A DNA stretch of 64,000 nucleotides. It comes from Alphaproteobacteria bacterium (GTDB lineage: Bacteria; Pseudomonadota; Alphaproteobacteria; Geminicoccales; Geminicoccaceae). A program made the translations under genes and the position numbers. The notes below the pieces were generated by a model. It was not told the DNA's origin. It did no database searches and saw nothing but the letters and a program-made list of their open reading frames with translations. The first letter of the stretch is position 1; every line of letters begins with the position of its first letter. The DNA lies in NCBI GenBank assembly GCA_046541805.1, contig JBKHCM010000001.1, positions 20,612-84,611 of the forward strand. Direction: 5' to 3'. Positions 18,136 to 27,211 of the stretch are shown here, one piece after another.

Positions 18136-18416
18136 GCCCGCCGTCTCAGGCCCAAGCCGCGCGGGCGACCTCGGCGCCGGCCGACGCGGCATCAACTCGG
18201 CCACGACCGGCTCCTTTCGGAGCGGGAGTTGGGCGACGGCGCGGGCGAGCGCGTCTTGGAGCCCGGCGCGGACGCGGTCGTGGTGCGTCGCGAACCGCGG
18301 TGCGCTCGAAGGCCGGTGCACGTCCCGTGCGCGCCAGGATCACCGTCTTCAGCGCCCGCTCGAGATCGTGCGGAACCGGCTCGCGCCGGCGTGCGCTGCG
18401 GTGAGCGGGGCGCGGC

Positions 18417-19154
18417 TCAGGGGAAGGCGCAGGTCTGCGCCGTGACCTCGACGAAGCCGCGCTCGGCGTGGGGCCGCACCTGAAAGCGCCATTCGCGGTC
18501 GCCGTCGACCAGGCGGTGCGTCAGCGGCAGCGTGCCTTCGGCGAGGCTCACCGCGCCGTCGAGCTTCAAGAACCGGATCGAGACCGGCTCGGCGGCGTCG
18601 AACCACGCCTCCGCTCGACCGTCGTCGTCGCGCGCCGCCGCACCCTGCCCGGTGACGGTGATGCGGCCGTCACCGAAGGCGACGGTGTTGTCGCGGCCGA
18701 CGGCCACCGGCGTCGTCAACAAAAAGCGCTTGGTTTCGACCGCCTCGGCGCACGCCTCACGCGCCTGCACCTCGGCGAGGACGAAGCGCAGCCGCTCGGC
18801 CGGCATGCCGCCCTCGAGGCGCCGGTCGATCAAGGTCAACAGCTCACGGCGCTCGCCGGTCGGGACGTCGCGCTGGTAGCGCTCGGCGATGGCGTGCGCC
18901 CGCTCGCGCGCCGCCCGCTCGCGCTCGCTCGCCGTGAGCGCCTCCTCGCGGGCGTCGATGATCTCCCCCTCGAGAGCGGCCACTTGGTCGCCGAGGCGGT
19001 CGAGCTCGGCCTGGTTCTGCGCCCGGCCGCTCTCGTAGGCGACGAAGCCGGCGACCCCGACACCGCCGAGCACCAGGAACCAGCGCACGACACGCATCAC
19101 CGCCTGCCGCCGCCGCTGCCGGCGCGTGAAACCCAAGGTCGAAAACGTTCGCAT
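18417..19154 (-). CDS. hypothetical membrane-anchored coiled-coil protein
   Basis: ORF 18417..19292 trimmed to ATG 19154, 2 nt after the ppsR-like stop. One TM segment (VVRWFLVLGGVGVAGFVAY), then a heptad-like region (AELDRLGDQVAALEGEIIDAREEAL...) and a beta-rich C-terminus. No family recognised. Confidence 0.6.
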   Translation of the reverse strand: MRTFSTLGFTRRQRRRQAVMRVVRWFLVLGGVGVAGFVAYESGRAQNQAELDRLGDQVAALEGEIIDAREEALTASERERAARERAHAIAERYQRDVPTGERRELLTLIDRRLEGGMPAERLRFVLAEVQAREACAEAVETKRFLLTTPVAVGRDNTVAFGDGRITVTGQGAAARDDDGRAEAWFDAAEPVSIRFLKLDGAVSLAEGTLPLTHRLVDGDREWRFQVRPHAERGFVEVTAQTCAFP

Positions 19155-19156
19155 CG

Positions 19157-20041
19157 TCAGTCGTCGCCGTCGTCCTGCTCGCCCCCGGCCAGCACGGTGC
19201 GCAGGTCGGGATTCACGCGCTCCTGATAGAGCTTGTAGATGGCGGCGGCGGTCTCTTCCACCGACCGACGCGTGACGTCGATGGTGGGCCATCCGTGACG
19301 TGCGAACAACCTACGCGCGAACCGGAGCTCCTCGCGCACGCGGTCGAGCTCGGCGTAGTCGCCACCGTGGCGGGCGCTGGCGCGGAGCTTGGCGTCGTCG
19401 AGGCCGAGCATGCGCTGGCGGTTACGCCGGATCTCGACCAGAAGATCGGCCTGCAGCGTCAGCCCCACCACCAGGTTGGCCTTCAGCTTGGAGAAGTCGA
19501 CGAGCGGCGGCCGTTCCGGGACCAGTGGGATGTTCGCCGCCTTGATACCGCGATTGGCCAGGTACATGCAGGTCGGGGTCTTGCTGGTGCGCGAGACGCC
19601 GAGAACGATGACATCGGCGTCGTAGATCTTTTCGGGCTGCTGGCCGTCGTCGTGACGCATGACGAAGTTCATCGCCTCGATGCGCGAGAAATAGTCGTCG
19701 TCGAGGACGTACTGGCGGCCGGCGCGGGCCTTGGCCTCGTGGCCGACCGCCTGGCTCACGGTGTCGATCAGGCCGTCGAGGACGGGCACACAGGGCACGC
19801 CCCGCTGTGCGCAGTGCGCCATGAGCTGATCCCGCAGGCCCGGTTCCACCAAGGTGAAGACGACGATGCCGGGCAGCGCGTCGATGAAGTTGAAGACGCG
19901 CTGGAGCTGCGGCTCGGTGCGGATGAAGAACCAGACGTGTTCGATCGGCGTGACCGTGTCGAACTGGGAGATCGCGGCCCGGGTCACCGTGGTGACGGTC
20001 TCACCGGTGGAATCGGAGATGAGGTGCAGATGCAGCCGCAT
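19157..20041 (-). CDS. ppsR: pyruvate,phosphate dikinase / PEP synthase regulatory protein (DUF299, PDRP/PpsR family)
   Basis: MRLHLHLISDSTGETVTTVTRAAISQF...VIVLGVSRTSKTPTCMYLANRGIKAANIPLVP (P-loop). ORF trimmed to ATG 20041. Confidence 0.9.
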   Translation of the reverse strand: MRLHLHLISDSTGETVTTVTRAAISQFDTVTPIEHVWFFIRTEPQLQRVFNFIDALPGIVVFTLVEPGLRDQLMAHCAQRGVPCVPVLDGLIDTVSQAVGHEAKARAGRQYVLDDDYFSRIEAMNFVMRHDDGQQPEKIYDADVIVLGVSRTSKTPTCMYLANRGIKAANIPLVPERPPLVDFSKLKANLVVGLTLQADLLVEIRRNRQRMLGLDDAKLRASARHGGDYAELDRVREELRFARRLFARHGWPTIDVTRRSVEETAAAIYKLYQERVNPDLRTVLAGGEQDDGDD

Positions 20042-20454
20042 GGACAACCGCCCGAACGTCGCCGAGGGAAAGGGGGGACAACTCGGCCCCGGCGCCGCCG
20101 CCGTGCGGCGGTTGGGGACGGGGACGCGTTTGCGCACAATCCCGCTCACCTGTGTACGCGTGATCCACCGCCTCTGCACGACGGGTGTTGTCCGCCGAAG
20201 GTCGCGGCTTCCATCCACCGCATCCCCGTTTTACGCCCGCGCTCGAAGACGGCCCTGGCCGCGCGCATCCCGGCGTCGTACCGATGGCCGTCCCCAGCGG
20301 GTCCGGGTTTTCCCGGACGGACGGGACAGCGGTGAGGGATTGTGGATGCGGGCTTATCCTCGCGATCGCATGTGCCTACCACCTACCTCCACCTTTTCTC
20401 TTCATTGAAAAGAGAGGGGAGACGGATCGGCGGAACCGGGGACGAAAGGGAAGG
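20042..20454. other. candidate chromosomal replication origin (oriC/Cori-type)
   Basis: Divergent gap between the DUF299 gene and hemE. DnaA-box-like 9-mers: TGATCCACC (20161-20169), CCATCCACC (20211-20219), GCATCCACA (complement of 20341-20349), TTATCCTCG (20354-20362). AT-rich hairpin-capable stretch at 20391-20417. See finding. Confidence 0.6.
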
Positions 20455-21495
20455 ATGGCGATGAAGCCGCTCTTGGCCGCCCTCAGAGGCGAAGCGATCG
20501 ATCCGCCGCCGGTATGGCTGATGCGTCAGGCCGGTCGCTATCTGCCGGAGTACCGCGCGGTCCGCGCCGGCGCGGGCAGCTTTCTCGATCTGTGCTACAA
20601 CCCCGCACTCGCCTGCGAGGTGACCCTGCAACCGATCCGCCGCTTCGGCTTCGATGCGGCGATCCTGTTCTCGGACATCCTCGTGGTTCCGCACGCGCTG
20701 GGTCGCCCGCTGACCTTCGTCGAGAACGAGGGGCCTAAGCTGACGCCGCTCGGCGACCCCCCCGACGCCGAGCTCGACGCCATGGCGGCGGCGGCGATCC
20801 ACGACCATCTGGCGCCGGTGTACGCCACCCTCGAGAGGGTGAAGGCGGCGCTGCCCGCCGAGGTGGCGCTGATCGGCTTCGCCGGCGCGCCTTGGACGCT
20901 CGCCTGCTATATGGTCGACGGCCAGGGCTCGAAGGAATACCTCAAGACCCGGCTGATGGCGGCGCGCGAGCCCGAGCGCTTCGCCCGGCTGATCCAGGTC
21001 CTCGAGCAGGCGTTGATCGCCTATCTCTGCCGTCAGATCGAGGCCGGCGCCGAGGCGGTGAAGCTGTTCGACAGCTGGGCCGGGGTGCTGGCGCCCGACG
21101 GCTTCAGGCGCTGGTCGCTCGAGCCGCTGCGGCGGATCACCGCCGGCATCAAGGCCCGCCATCCGGACGTCCCGGTCATCGTCTTTGCGCGCGGCGCCGG
21201 GGTGCAATACCCCGCCGTCGCGGCCGAGGTCGGCTGCGACGGCATGGCGCTGGACACCGCCGTGCCGCTGGACTGGGCGGCCCGCACCCTGCCGGCGCGG
21301 CCGACGCTCTCGGGCAATCTCGATCCCGTGCTCCTGGTCGCCGGCGGCGCGGCGCTCGATGCGGCGGTCGACCGCATCCGCGCCGACGTCGCCGGCCGGC
21401 CGCACATCTTCAACCTGGGCCACGGCGTCGTGCCGCAGACCGACCCGGCGCACGTCGCCCAACTCGTCAGGCGTTTGAGGGAACCGCGTCGATGA
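20455..21495 (+). CDS. hemE: uroporphyrinogen decarboxylase
   Basis: MAMKPLLAALRGEAIDPPPVWLMRQAGRYLPEYR...ILFSDILVVP...; GAAAGGGAAGG lies upstream of ATG 20455. Confidence 0.95.
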   Translation: MAMKPLLAALRGEAIDPPPVWLMRQAGRYLPEYRAVRAGAGSFLDLCYNPALACEVTLQPIRRFGFDAAILFSDILVVPHALGRPLTFVENEGPKLTPLGDPPDAELDAMAAAAIHDHLAPVYATLERVKAALPAEVALIGFAGAPWTLACYMVDGQGSKEYLKTRLMAAREPERFARLIQVLEQALIAYLCRQIEAGAEAVKLFDSWAGVLAPDGFRRWSLEPLRRITAGIKARHPDVPVIVFARGAGVQYPAVAAEVGCDGMALDTAVPLDWAARTLPARPTLSGNLDPVLLVAGGAALDAAVDRIRADVAGRPHIFNLGHGVVPQTDPAHVAQLVRRLREPRR

Positions 21496-21926
21496 TGACC
21501 GACTGGCTGTTGTGGAGCCGCGCCCTGCACATCTTGGGCTTCGCCGCCTGGCTGGCGGCGCTTTGGTATTTGCCGCGGCTCTACGTCTACCACTCGGCGG
21601 TGCCGGTGGGCTCCGACGCCTCGGAGACCTTCAAGGCTATGGAACGCCGGCTGATGAAGGCGATCGGCACGCCGGCGATGCTGTGGACCTTCGCCTTCGG
21701 CCTGGTGGCGACGACGGTCGGCTACCATTGGACGTCCGGCTGGCTGCACGTGAAGCTCTTGCTGCTCTTGGGCCTCGCCGGCTTTCACGGCCTGTTGGCG
21801 GCGGACCTCAAGAAATTTGCCCGAGACGAGCGGCCGCGCTCGGAGCGCACCTACCGGATCCTGAACGAAATCCCGACGGTGCTGTTCATCGTCATCGTCA
21901 TCCTGGCCACCTTCAAGCCGTTCTGA
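21492..21926 (+). CDS. hemJ: protoporphyrinogen IX oxidase HemJ (UPF0093/CopD-like membrane protein)
   Basis: MMTDWLLWSRALHILGFAAWLAALWYLPRLYVYH...; four TM segments. ATGA overlap with the hemE stop. Confidence 0.8.
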   Translation: MMTDWLLWSRALHILGFAAWLAALWYLPRLYVYHSAVPVGSDASETFKAMERRLMKAIGTPAMLWTFAFGLVATTVGYHWTSGWLHVKLLLLLGLAGFHGLLAADLKKFARDERPRSERTYRILNEIPTVLFIVIVILATFKPF

Positions 21927-21969
21927 CGCCCCCGGGCGCCCGGCGGCGCGGCCCGCGCGCCGCGCGGGT

Positions 21970-21998
21970 TTGACAGGCGCCGGGGATTTCCGTATGCG
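21970..21998 (+). promoter_or_regulatory. candidate sigma70-type promoter for rho
   Basis: TTGACA (21970-21975), 17-nt spacer, TATGCG (21993-21998). It follows a short GC hairpin after hemJ and would give a leader of about 175 nt. Confidence 0.4.
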
Positions 21999-22178
21999 AA
22001 GGGCGTTCAAGCGTACATCCTTCTTCGAGAAGTCCCTCCCCTGGCTACCCAACCGACGACGCGCAGGCGCCGTTCTCGGTCGCGGTCGGATCGCGCCGGC
22101 TCCGAGAACGCATCGGACGAGATCTTCGACATCGAGAACGACACGGACGGCGAAGCGGAGACCCCGCCGCCGGCCGAC

Positions 22179-23441
22179 ATGCCGGGCTCGATGAGTCTCA
22201 CCGACCTCAAGCGCCGCCCCCCCGACGAGCTGCTGCGCTACGCCGAGGAGATCGGCATCGAGCAGGCCAGCACGCTCAAGAAGTCCGACCTGATCTTTGC
22301 CACGCTCAAGAAGCTGGCACAGACGGGCGTGCCCATCCACGGCGAGGGCGTGCTGGAAATCCTGCAGGACGGCTTCGGCTTTCTCAGGACGCCCGAGGTC
22401 AACTACGTCGCCGGCCCCGACGACATCTACGTCTCGCCGAGCCAGATCCGTCGCTTCGGGCTGCGCTCCGGCGACGTCGTCACCGGCCAGGTGCGCGCGC
22501 CCAAGGAGGGCGAGCGGTACTTCGCGCTTCTCAAGGTCGACAGTATCAACTTCGACCGCCCCGAGACGGCGCGGCACCGGGTCCATTTCGACAACCTGAC
22601 GCCCTACTACCCGACCCAGAAGCTCGACCTCGAGGTCGAGGGCCAAAAAGACTACTCGACCCGGGTCATCGAGATCGTGGCGCCGTTGGGCAAGGGTCAG
22701 CGGGCGCTGATCGTGGCGCAGCCGCGCACCGGCAAGACGGTGCTGATGCAGCACATCGCGCACGCGATCACCTCCAACCACCCCGAGATCTACCTCATCG
22801 TGCTGCTCATCGACGAGCGGCCCGAGGAGGTGACCGACATGCAGCGTACGGTGAACGGCGAGGTGGTCTCCTCGACCTTCGACGAGCCGGCCACGCGGCA
22901 CGTCCAGGTCGCCGAGATGGTCAGCGAAAAGGCCAAGCGTCTCGTCGAGCACGGCAAGGACGTGGTCATCCTGCTCGATTCGATCACCCGGCTCGCACGC
23001 GCCTACAACACGGTGGTGCCGAGCTCGGGCAAGGTCCTCACCGGTGGCGTCGACGCCAACGCGCTGCAGCGACCCAAGCGCTTCTTCGGTGCCGCCCGCA
23101 ACATCGAAGACGGCGGCTCCTTGACGATCGTCGCGACGGCGCTGATCGATACCGGCTCGCGCATGGACGAGGTCATCTTCGAGGAGTTCAAGGGCACCGG
23201 CAACGCCGAGATCGTTCTCGACCGCCGCCTCGCCGACAAGCGGACCTACCCCTCGATCGACATCAACAAGTCCGGCACCCGCAAGGAGGAGCTGCTGGTC
23301 GATCGGGCGACGCTGTCGCGGATGTGGGTGCTGCGCCGGATCCTCAGCCCGATGGGCGTCGCCGACGCGATGGAGTTCCTGCTCGACAAGATGAAGCACT
23401 CCAAAAACAACGCCGACTTCTGGGAATCGATGAACAGCTGA
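22179..23441 (+). CDS. rho: transcription termination factor Rho
   Basis: [22 protein letters not shown]..., [25 protein letters not shown] (Walker A), [10 protein letters not shown]. The start could also be ATG 22191. Confidence 0.95.
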   Translation: MPGSMSLTDLKRRPPDELLRYAEEIGIEQASTLKKSDLIFATLKKLAQTGVPIHGEGVLEILQDGFGFLRTPEVNYVAGPDDIYVSPSQIRRFGLRSGDVVTGQVRAPKEGERYFALLKVDSINFDRPETARHRVHFDNLTPYYPTQKLDLEVEGQKDYSTRVIEIVAPLGKGQRALIVAQPRTGKTVLMQHIAHAITSNHPEIYLIVLLIDERPEEVTDMQRTVNGEVVSSTFDEPATRHVQVAEMVSEKAKRLVEHGKDVVILLDSITRLARAYNTVVPSSGKVLTGGVDANALQRPKRFFGAARNIEDGGSLTIVATALIDTGSRMDEVIFEEFKGTGNAEIVLDRRLADKRTYPSIDINKSGTRKEELLVDRATLSRMWVLRRILSPMGVADAMEFLLDKMKHSKNNADFWESMNS

Positions 23442-23488
23442 GCTGGCCCGACCGCCGCGGTGGTGGCGGTTAATGGGAGGAGGACGGC

Positions 23489-24040
23489 ATGCGGATCGTC
23501 GCGGCGACGATGTTGGCGGTCGCGCTTTGGTTCGCGGCGGGCGTCGCCGCCGGCGGCGCGCAGGCTGCTGACGCCGCGGTGATCGACGCGCGCGTGGACG
23601 CGGCGTTGACGGACCTGCGCCAGCTCGGCCCCGGTACCGCCGAGCTGCTCGACGAGGCCGCCGGCGTGCTCGTGATGCCGCGGATGACGAAGGGCGGCTT
23701 CATCCTCGGCGGTCAGTACGGCGAAGGCGTCCTGCGCGTCGACGGCGAGACGGTCGCTTATTACAGCCTCGCTGCGGGTTCCCTCGGACTGCTGGCGGGG
23801 GTCGAGACCTTCAGTCAGGCGCTGTTGTTCATGACGCCCGAAGCGCTCGCCGAGTTCCGCGCGGCCGCGGGCTGGCGAGCCGGTGCCGGCACCGAGGTCA
23901 CGCTGCTGCGGGAGGGTTTCGACATCAACACCAGCACCGACGTCGCGAACCGCCCGATCATCGCCATCGTCTTCGGCCAAAACGGTCTTTTGGCGGGCGC
24001 GAGCGTCGAGGGGGCGAAATACACCCGCATCGAGCGGTGA
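23489..24040 (+). CDS. secreted SYLF (Ysc84/DUF500) lipid-binding domain protein
   Basis: Signal peptide MRIVAATMLAVALWFAAGVAAGGAQA. KGGFILGGQYGEGVLRVDG...SLGLLAGVE pattern. GGGAGGAGG RBS. Confidence 0.7.
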   Translation: MRIVAATMLAVALWFAAGVAAGGAQAADAAVIDARVDAALTDLRQLGPGTAELLDEAAGVLVMPRMTKGGFILGGQYGEGVLRVDGETVAYYSLAAGSLGLLAGVETFSQALLFMTPEALAEFRAAAGWRAGAGTEVTLLREGFDINTSTDVANRPIIAIVFGQNGLLAGASVEGAKYTRIER

Positions 24041-24537
24041 TGGGGAGCGCGCGCGCCCGGCCGGCGCTGGCGGCGATATTCTGGCGGGTGGTGCTGACGA
24101 TCGCGTTTCCGCTCGATCAGCGCTGGCGGGTGTGGCGCGGCTGCAAGCTCGGCGGTGCCTTCGTCGCGATCCGCGCCCCCGACGACGTCCTCGTGGTGCG
24201 GCATTCCTACCGCCCGCGCCTCGACTTCGTGGGTGGCGGGATCAAGCGCGGTGAGAGCGCCCGCGACGCGGCCGTGCGTGAGGTCCGCGAGGAGATCGGG
24301 GTGACACCGCCGCGAGCGGCGCTCCGCGAGCTGGGGCGGGTGCGCCGCGGCTTTCGCGCCGTCGACGAGGTCGACACGCTGTTCGAATGGCGGGTGGAGC
24401 GGCTGCCGCGCCCAAGCGTCGACGGCCGCGAGGTGGTCTGGGCCGGCGGCTTGCGCAGCCGGCCCTTCGACCGCCGCGACCAAGCGATCACGGTGCGCTG
24501 GTATTTACGCCGCATCGCGCCCGACCTGGCAGCGTGA
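24040..24537 (+). CDS. NUDIX hydrolase
   Basis: Nudix box GGGIKRGESARDAAVREVREEIGV. The start overlaps the upstream stop (GTGATG; GTG 24037 is also possible). Confidence 0.8.
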   Translation: MGSARARPALAAIFWRVVLTIAFPLDQRWRVWRGCKLGGAFVAIRAPDDVLVVRHSYRPRLDFVGGGIKRGESARDAAVREVREEIGVTPPRAALRELGRVRRGFRAVDEVDTLFEWRVERLPRPSVDGREVVWAGGLRSRPFDRRDQAITVRWYLRRIAPDLAA

Positions 24538-24762
24538 GCCGGGATCGGTGCCGCTACCGTGAAGCTTCGACGGTTGGTTACGGACGCACCGAACGCACCA
24601 GCGCGCACGGGTGTCGGCGCGGGCGATCACGCCGCGGCGCGCGCCGCTGCCCTCGGCCTCGATCGCCGCTCTCGGTTGGCTGGCGGCGCTCGGGCTGAGG
24701 TGGGAGACGGCGCTGACGCGCATCGCGATCAATGCCGTTGCGCTCCCCCACGCCCGGCGGCG

Positions 24763-24785
24763 CCGAAACGCACCGGCTCGGTGCG
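24763..24785 (-). terminator. weak hairpin plus TTT after the DUF1150 gene
   Basis: On the minus strand: CGCACCG-AGC-CGGTGCG followed by TTTCGG. Confidence 0.35.
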
Positions 24786-24792
24786 CGCCACG

Positions 24793-25011
24793 TCAATGCG
24801 CGTCGGCGGCCTCGACGTTCTGCTGGCCGAGGAAGGCGAAGGCCATCTCTCGGGTCTCCGCCACCGCCACCTGCTGGCCGTCGGCTTGGTGGATGGCGTA
24901 GACGCGCTTGCCTTCCTGGTCCACCGGCTTCACGTAGGCGTCGGCCGCGGGCCAGACGAACAGACGGTCGTCGCCGTGGGGGTGGTGGGTGTTCCGTGGA
25001 TCGGTCTGCAT
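24793..25011 (-). CDS. small DUF1150-like protein (72 aa)
   Basis: Only the last 72 codons of ORF 24793..27162 are credible. MQTDPRNTHHPHGDDRLFVWPAADAYVKPVDQEGKRVYAIHQADGQQVAVAETREMAFAFLGQQNVEAADAH, preceded by GGAGG. The pattern (AY[VI]KPV...[VY]AIH.ADG...A......A...A.......VH) matches my recollection of DUF1150. Confidence 0.6.
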   Translation of the reverse strand: MQTDPRNTHHPHGDDRLFVWPAADAYVKPVDQEGKRVYAIHQADGQQVAVAETREMAFAFLGQQNVEAADAH

Positions 25012-25161
25012 GGCACCTCCGATGCCTCCGCCCGTCAACGGCGCGCGAGGCGTTGGGTTCCGCGTCCGGCCCGCGACGGCGCCGGACGCCTCGGTCACGG
25101 CCATGAGATGGGCGCGGCGAGGAGCCGACGCAAGTGTCGCTCGATGGTTGAGGAAGGCTGC

Positions 25162-25788
25162 ATGATCGAGCTGCAACGACCCGAGCTGCGCCTGGTCCTG
25201 GCCTCGGCGAGCCCGGCACGGCGCCGGCTGTTGGAGGCGGCCGGCCTCGTCTTCGCGGTGCGCACGAGCCCGGTCGACGAGGCGTTGGTCCGCGAAGGCC
25301 TCAAGGCCGACGGCGTCGGCGGCGACGAGGCGGCGGTGGCGCTGGCCTCGCTCAAGGGCGAGCGCGTGGCGCTGGGGGCGGCGCGCGACGAGATCGTCCT
25401 CGCCGGCGACCAGCTGCTCGAGACCGCCGATGGTGCCTGGCCCGACAAGCCGGAGGACACCACGGCGCTCGAAGCCCAGCTCGCCCGCCTCGCCGGCACC
25501 ACCCACACGCTGCACACCGCCGCCGTGCTCTTTCGCGGCGGCAGCCGGGTCTGGCACCACGTCGCCAGCCCGAGGGTGACGGTGCGCGCGCTCTCGCCGG
25601 ACGCCATCCGTCGCTACGTCGCCGTCACCGGCGACGACGTACTCGGCTGCGTCGGTGGCTACCAGCTCGAAGGGCTGGGCGCGCACCTGCTCGCGAACAT
25701 CCGCGGCGACGCCTTCGCGGCGCAGGGGCTGCCGCTGCTGGCGGTGCTGGCGGCATTGCGGGCCCAGGGCGTCCTCTGGGACGGTTGA
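25162..25788 (+). CDS. maf: Maf-like nucleoside triphosphate pyrophosphatase
   Basis: LVLASASPARRRLLEAAGL...GAYQLEG-type motif (GGYQLEGLGAHLL). ATG 25162 follows GAGGAAGG; ATG 25144 is also possible. Confidence 0.85.
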   Translation: MIELQRPELRLVLASASPARRRLLEAAGLVFAVRTSPVDEALVREGLKADGVGGDEAAVALASLKGERVALGAARDEIVLAGDQLLETADGAWPDKPEDTTALEAQLARLAGTTHTLHTAAVLFRGGSRVWHHVASPRVTVRALSPDAIRRYVAVTGDDVLGCVGGYQLEGLGAHLLANIRGDAFAAQGLPLLAVLAALRAQGVLWDG

Positions 25789-25801
25789 GAACAACGCCGC
25801 G

Positions 25802-26410
25802 ATGGTCGTGGTCGGCCTCACCGGCTCGATCGCCATGGGCAAGTCGACGACGGCCGGCATGTTCCGCGCCTTCGGCTGGCCGGTCTTCGACGCCGATCTC
25901 GCCGTGCACGACCTGATGCGACCGGGCGGTGAGGCGGTGGCGGCGGTGCTCGCCGCCTTTCCCGACGTCGCCAGCCCCGCGAGCGGGATCGACCGCGCCG
26001 AGCTCGGCCGGGCCGTGTTCGGCGACCCGGCGGCGCTGAAGCGGCTCGAGGCCGTCGTGCACCCGCGCGTGCGCCGCGCCGAGGAGCGCTTTTTGGCCCA
26101 CGCCCGACGTCGCGGCGAGCGCGCCGCGCTCTTGGACATCCCGCTGCTGTTCGAGGGTGGCGGCAGCCGGCGCTGCGATCTCACCGTGGTCGCGAGTGCG
26201 TCCCGCCACCTCCAGGCGGTGCGGGCGCTTGCCCGGCCGGGGATGACGCGGGCCCGGCTCGACGCCATCCTGGCCAAGCAGATGCCGGACCGCGAGAAGC
26301 GCCGGCGCGCCGATTTCGTCGTCCGCACCGGCCTCGGCCGGGCGGTGGCGCTCGCCGACGTGCGCGCGGTGGTCCGCATCGTCGAAGCCCGGGACCAGGA
26401 GAGGCGGTGA
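25802..26410 (+). CDS. coaE: dephospho-CoA kinase
   Basis: [21 protein letters not shown] (P-loop), [16 protein letters not shown]. Confidence 0.9.
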   Translation: MVVVGLTGSIAMGKSTTAGMFRAFGWPVFDADLAVHDLMRPGGEAVAAVLAAFPDVASPASGIDRAELGRAVFGDPAALKRLEAVVHPRVRRAEERFLAHARRRGERAALLDIPLLFEGGGSRRCDLTVVASASRHLQAVRALARPGMTRARLDAILAKQMPDREKRRRADFVVRTGLGRAVALADVRAVVRIVEARDQERR

Positions 26411-27096
26411 TGCTGCGTGAGATCGTGCTCGACACCGAGACCACCGGTTTGGCGCCCGAGGCGGGCGACCGCATCGTCGAGATCGGCTGCGTCGAGCTGG
26501 TGAACCACGTGCCGACGGGTCGCACCTACCACCAGTACCTCAACCCCGAGCGCGCGATGCCGGCGGAGGCCTTCGCGGTGCACGGCCTCGGCGACGACTT
26601 CCTCGCCGACAAGCCGCGCTTCGGCGAGATCGCCGACGCGTTCTTGCGCTTCGTCGGCGATGCCGGGCTGGTCATCCACAACGCCGAGTTCGACATCAAG
26701 TTTCTCGACGCCGAGCTCGTCCGGGCGGGCCGCCCGCCGCTGGGCTTGGCGCGGGCGACCGACACCCTCGCCCTCGCCCGCAAGCGCTTTCCGGGCGCGC
26801 CGGCGAGCCTGGACGCGCTCTTGAAGCGCTTCGAGGTCGACGGTTCGGCGCGGGTCCTGCACGGCGCCCTTTTGGACTGCGAGCTTTTGGCCGAGGTCTA
26901 TCTCCACCTCCTGGGCGGCCGGCAGCCGGGCTTCGCCTTCGCCGCGGGCGAGCCGGCGCGCGCCGTCGCCGCCAAGCGCAGCCGGCCGCGGCGCGCGCCC
27001 CGCCCGCACGCGCCGAGCGCGCAGGAGCTCGAGGCGCACCGCGCCTTCGTCGGCGGGCTCGACGATCCCTTGTGGGCGCGCTTCGAGGACGGCTGA
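26410..27096 (+). CDS. dnaQ: DNA polymerase III epsilon subunit (3'-5' exonuclease)
   Basis: [10 protein letters not shown] (ExoI), [13 protein letters not shown] (ExoII), [14 protein letters not shown] (ExoIII). The start overlaps the coaE stop. Confidence 0.9.
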   Translation: MLREIVLDTETTGLAPEAGDRIVEIGCVELVNHVPTGRTYHQYLNPERAMPAEAFAVHGLGDDFLADKPRFGEIADAFLRFVGDAGLVIHNAEFDIKFLDAELVRAGRPPLGLARATDTLALARKRFPGAPASLDALLKRFEVDGSARVLHGALLDCELLAEVYLHLLGGRQPGFAFAAGEPARAVAAKRSRPRRAPRPHAPSAQELEAHRAFVGGLDDPLWARFEDG

Positions 27097-27100
27097 AGCG

Positions 27101-27122
27101 GGGCGACTTCGGTCGCCTTTTG
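27101..27122 (+). terminator. intrinsic terminator after dnaQ
   Basis: GGGCGAC-TTCG-GTCGCC followed by TTTT. Confidence 0.6.
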
Positions 27123-27211
27123 GCGCAGGCGCGGCTTCGCTAAGCAGGCGCGACAGCGACACCCCGCCGGCGAGCCCCCGTCGGCCCCGCCCTGCTCACG
27201 GGAGACCCCCA

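Noticed and set aside
20042-20454. CtrA boxes (TTAA-N7-TTAA) and GANTC methylation sites in the putative origin
   Set aside because: No TTAA-N7-TTAA was seen and no clear GANTC cluster. The origin call therefore rests on synteny, DnaA-like boxes and the AT-rich element only.
21926-22178. Structured riboswitch in the long rho leader
   Set aside because: Long leaders are normal for rho (autoregulation by attenuation). I saw only a weak hairpin after hemJ and a promoter-like TTGACA-N17-TATGCG, and no recognisable riboswitch motif.
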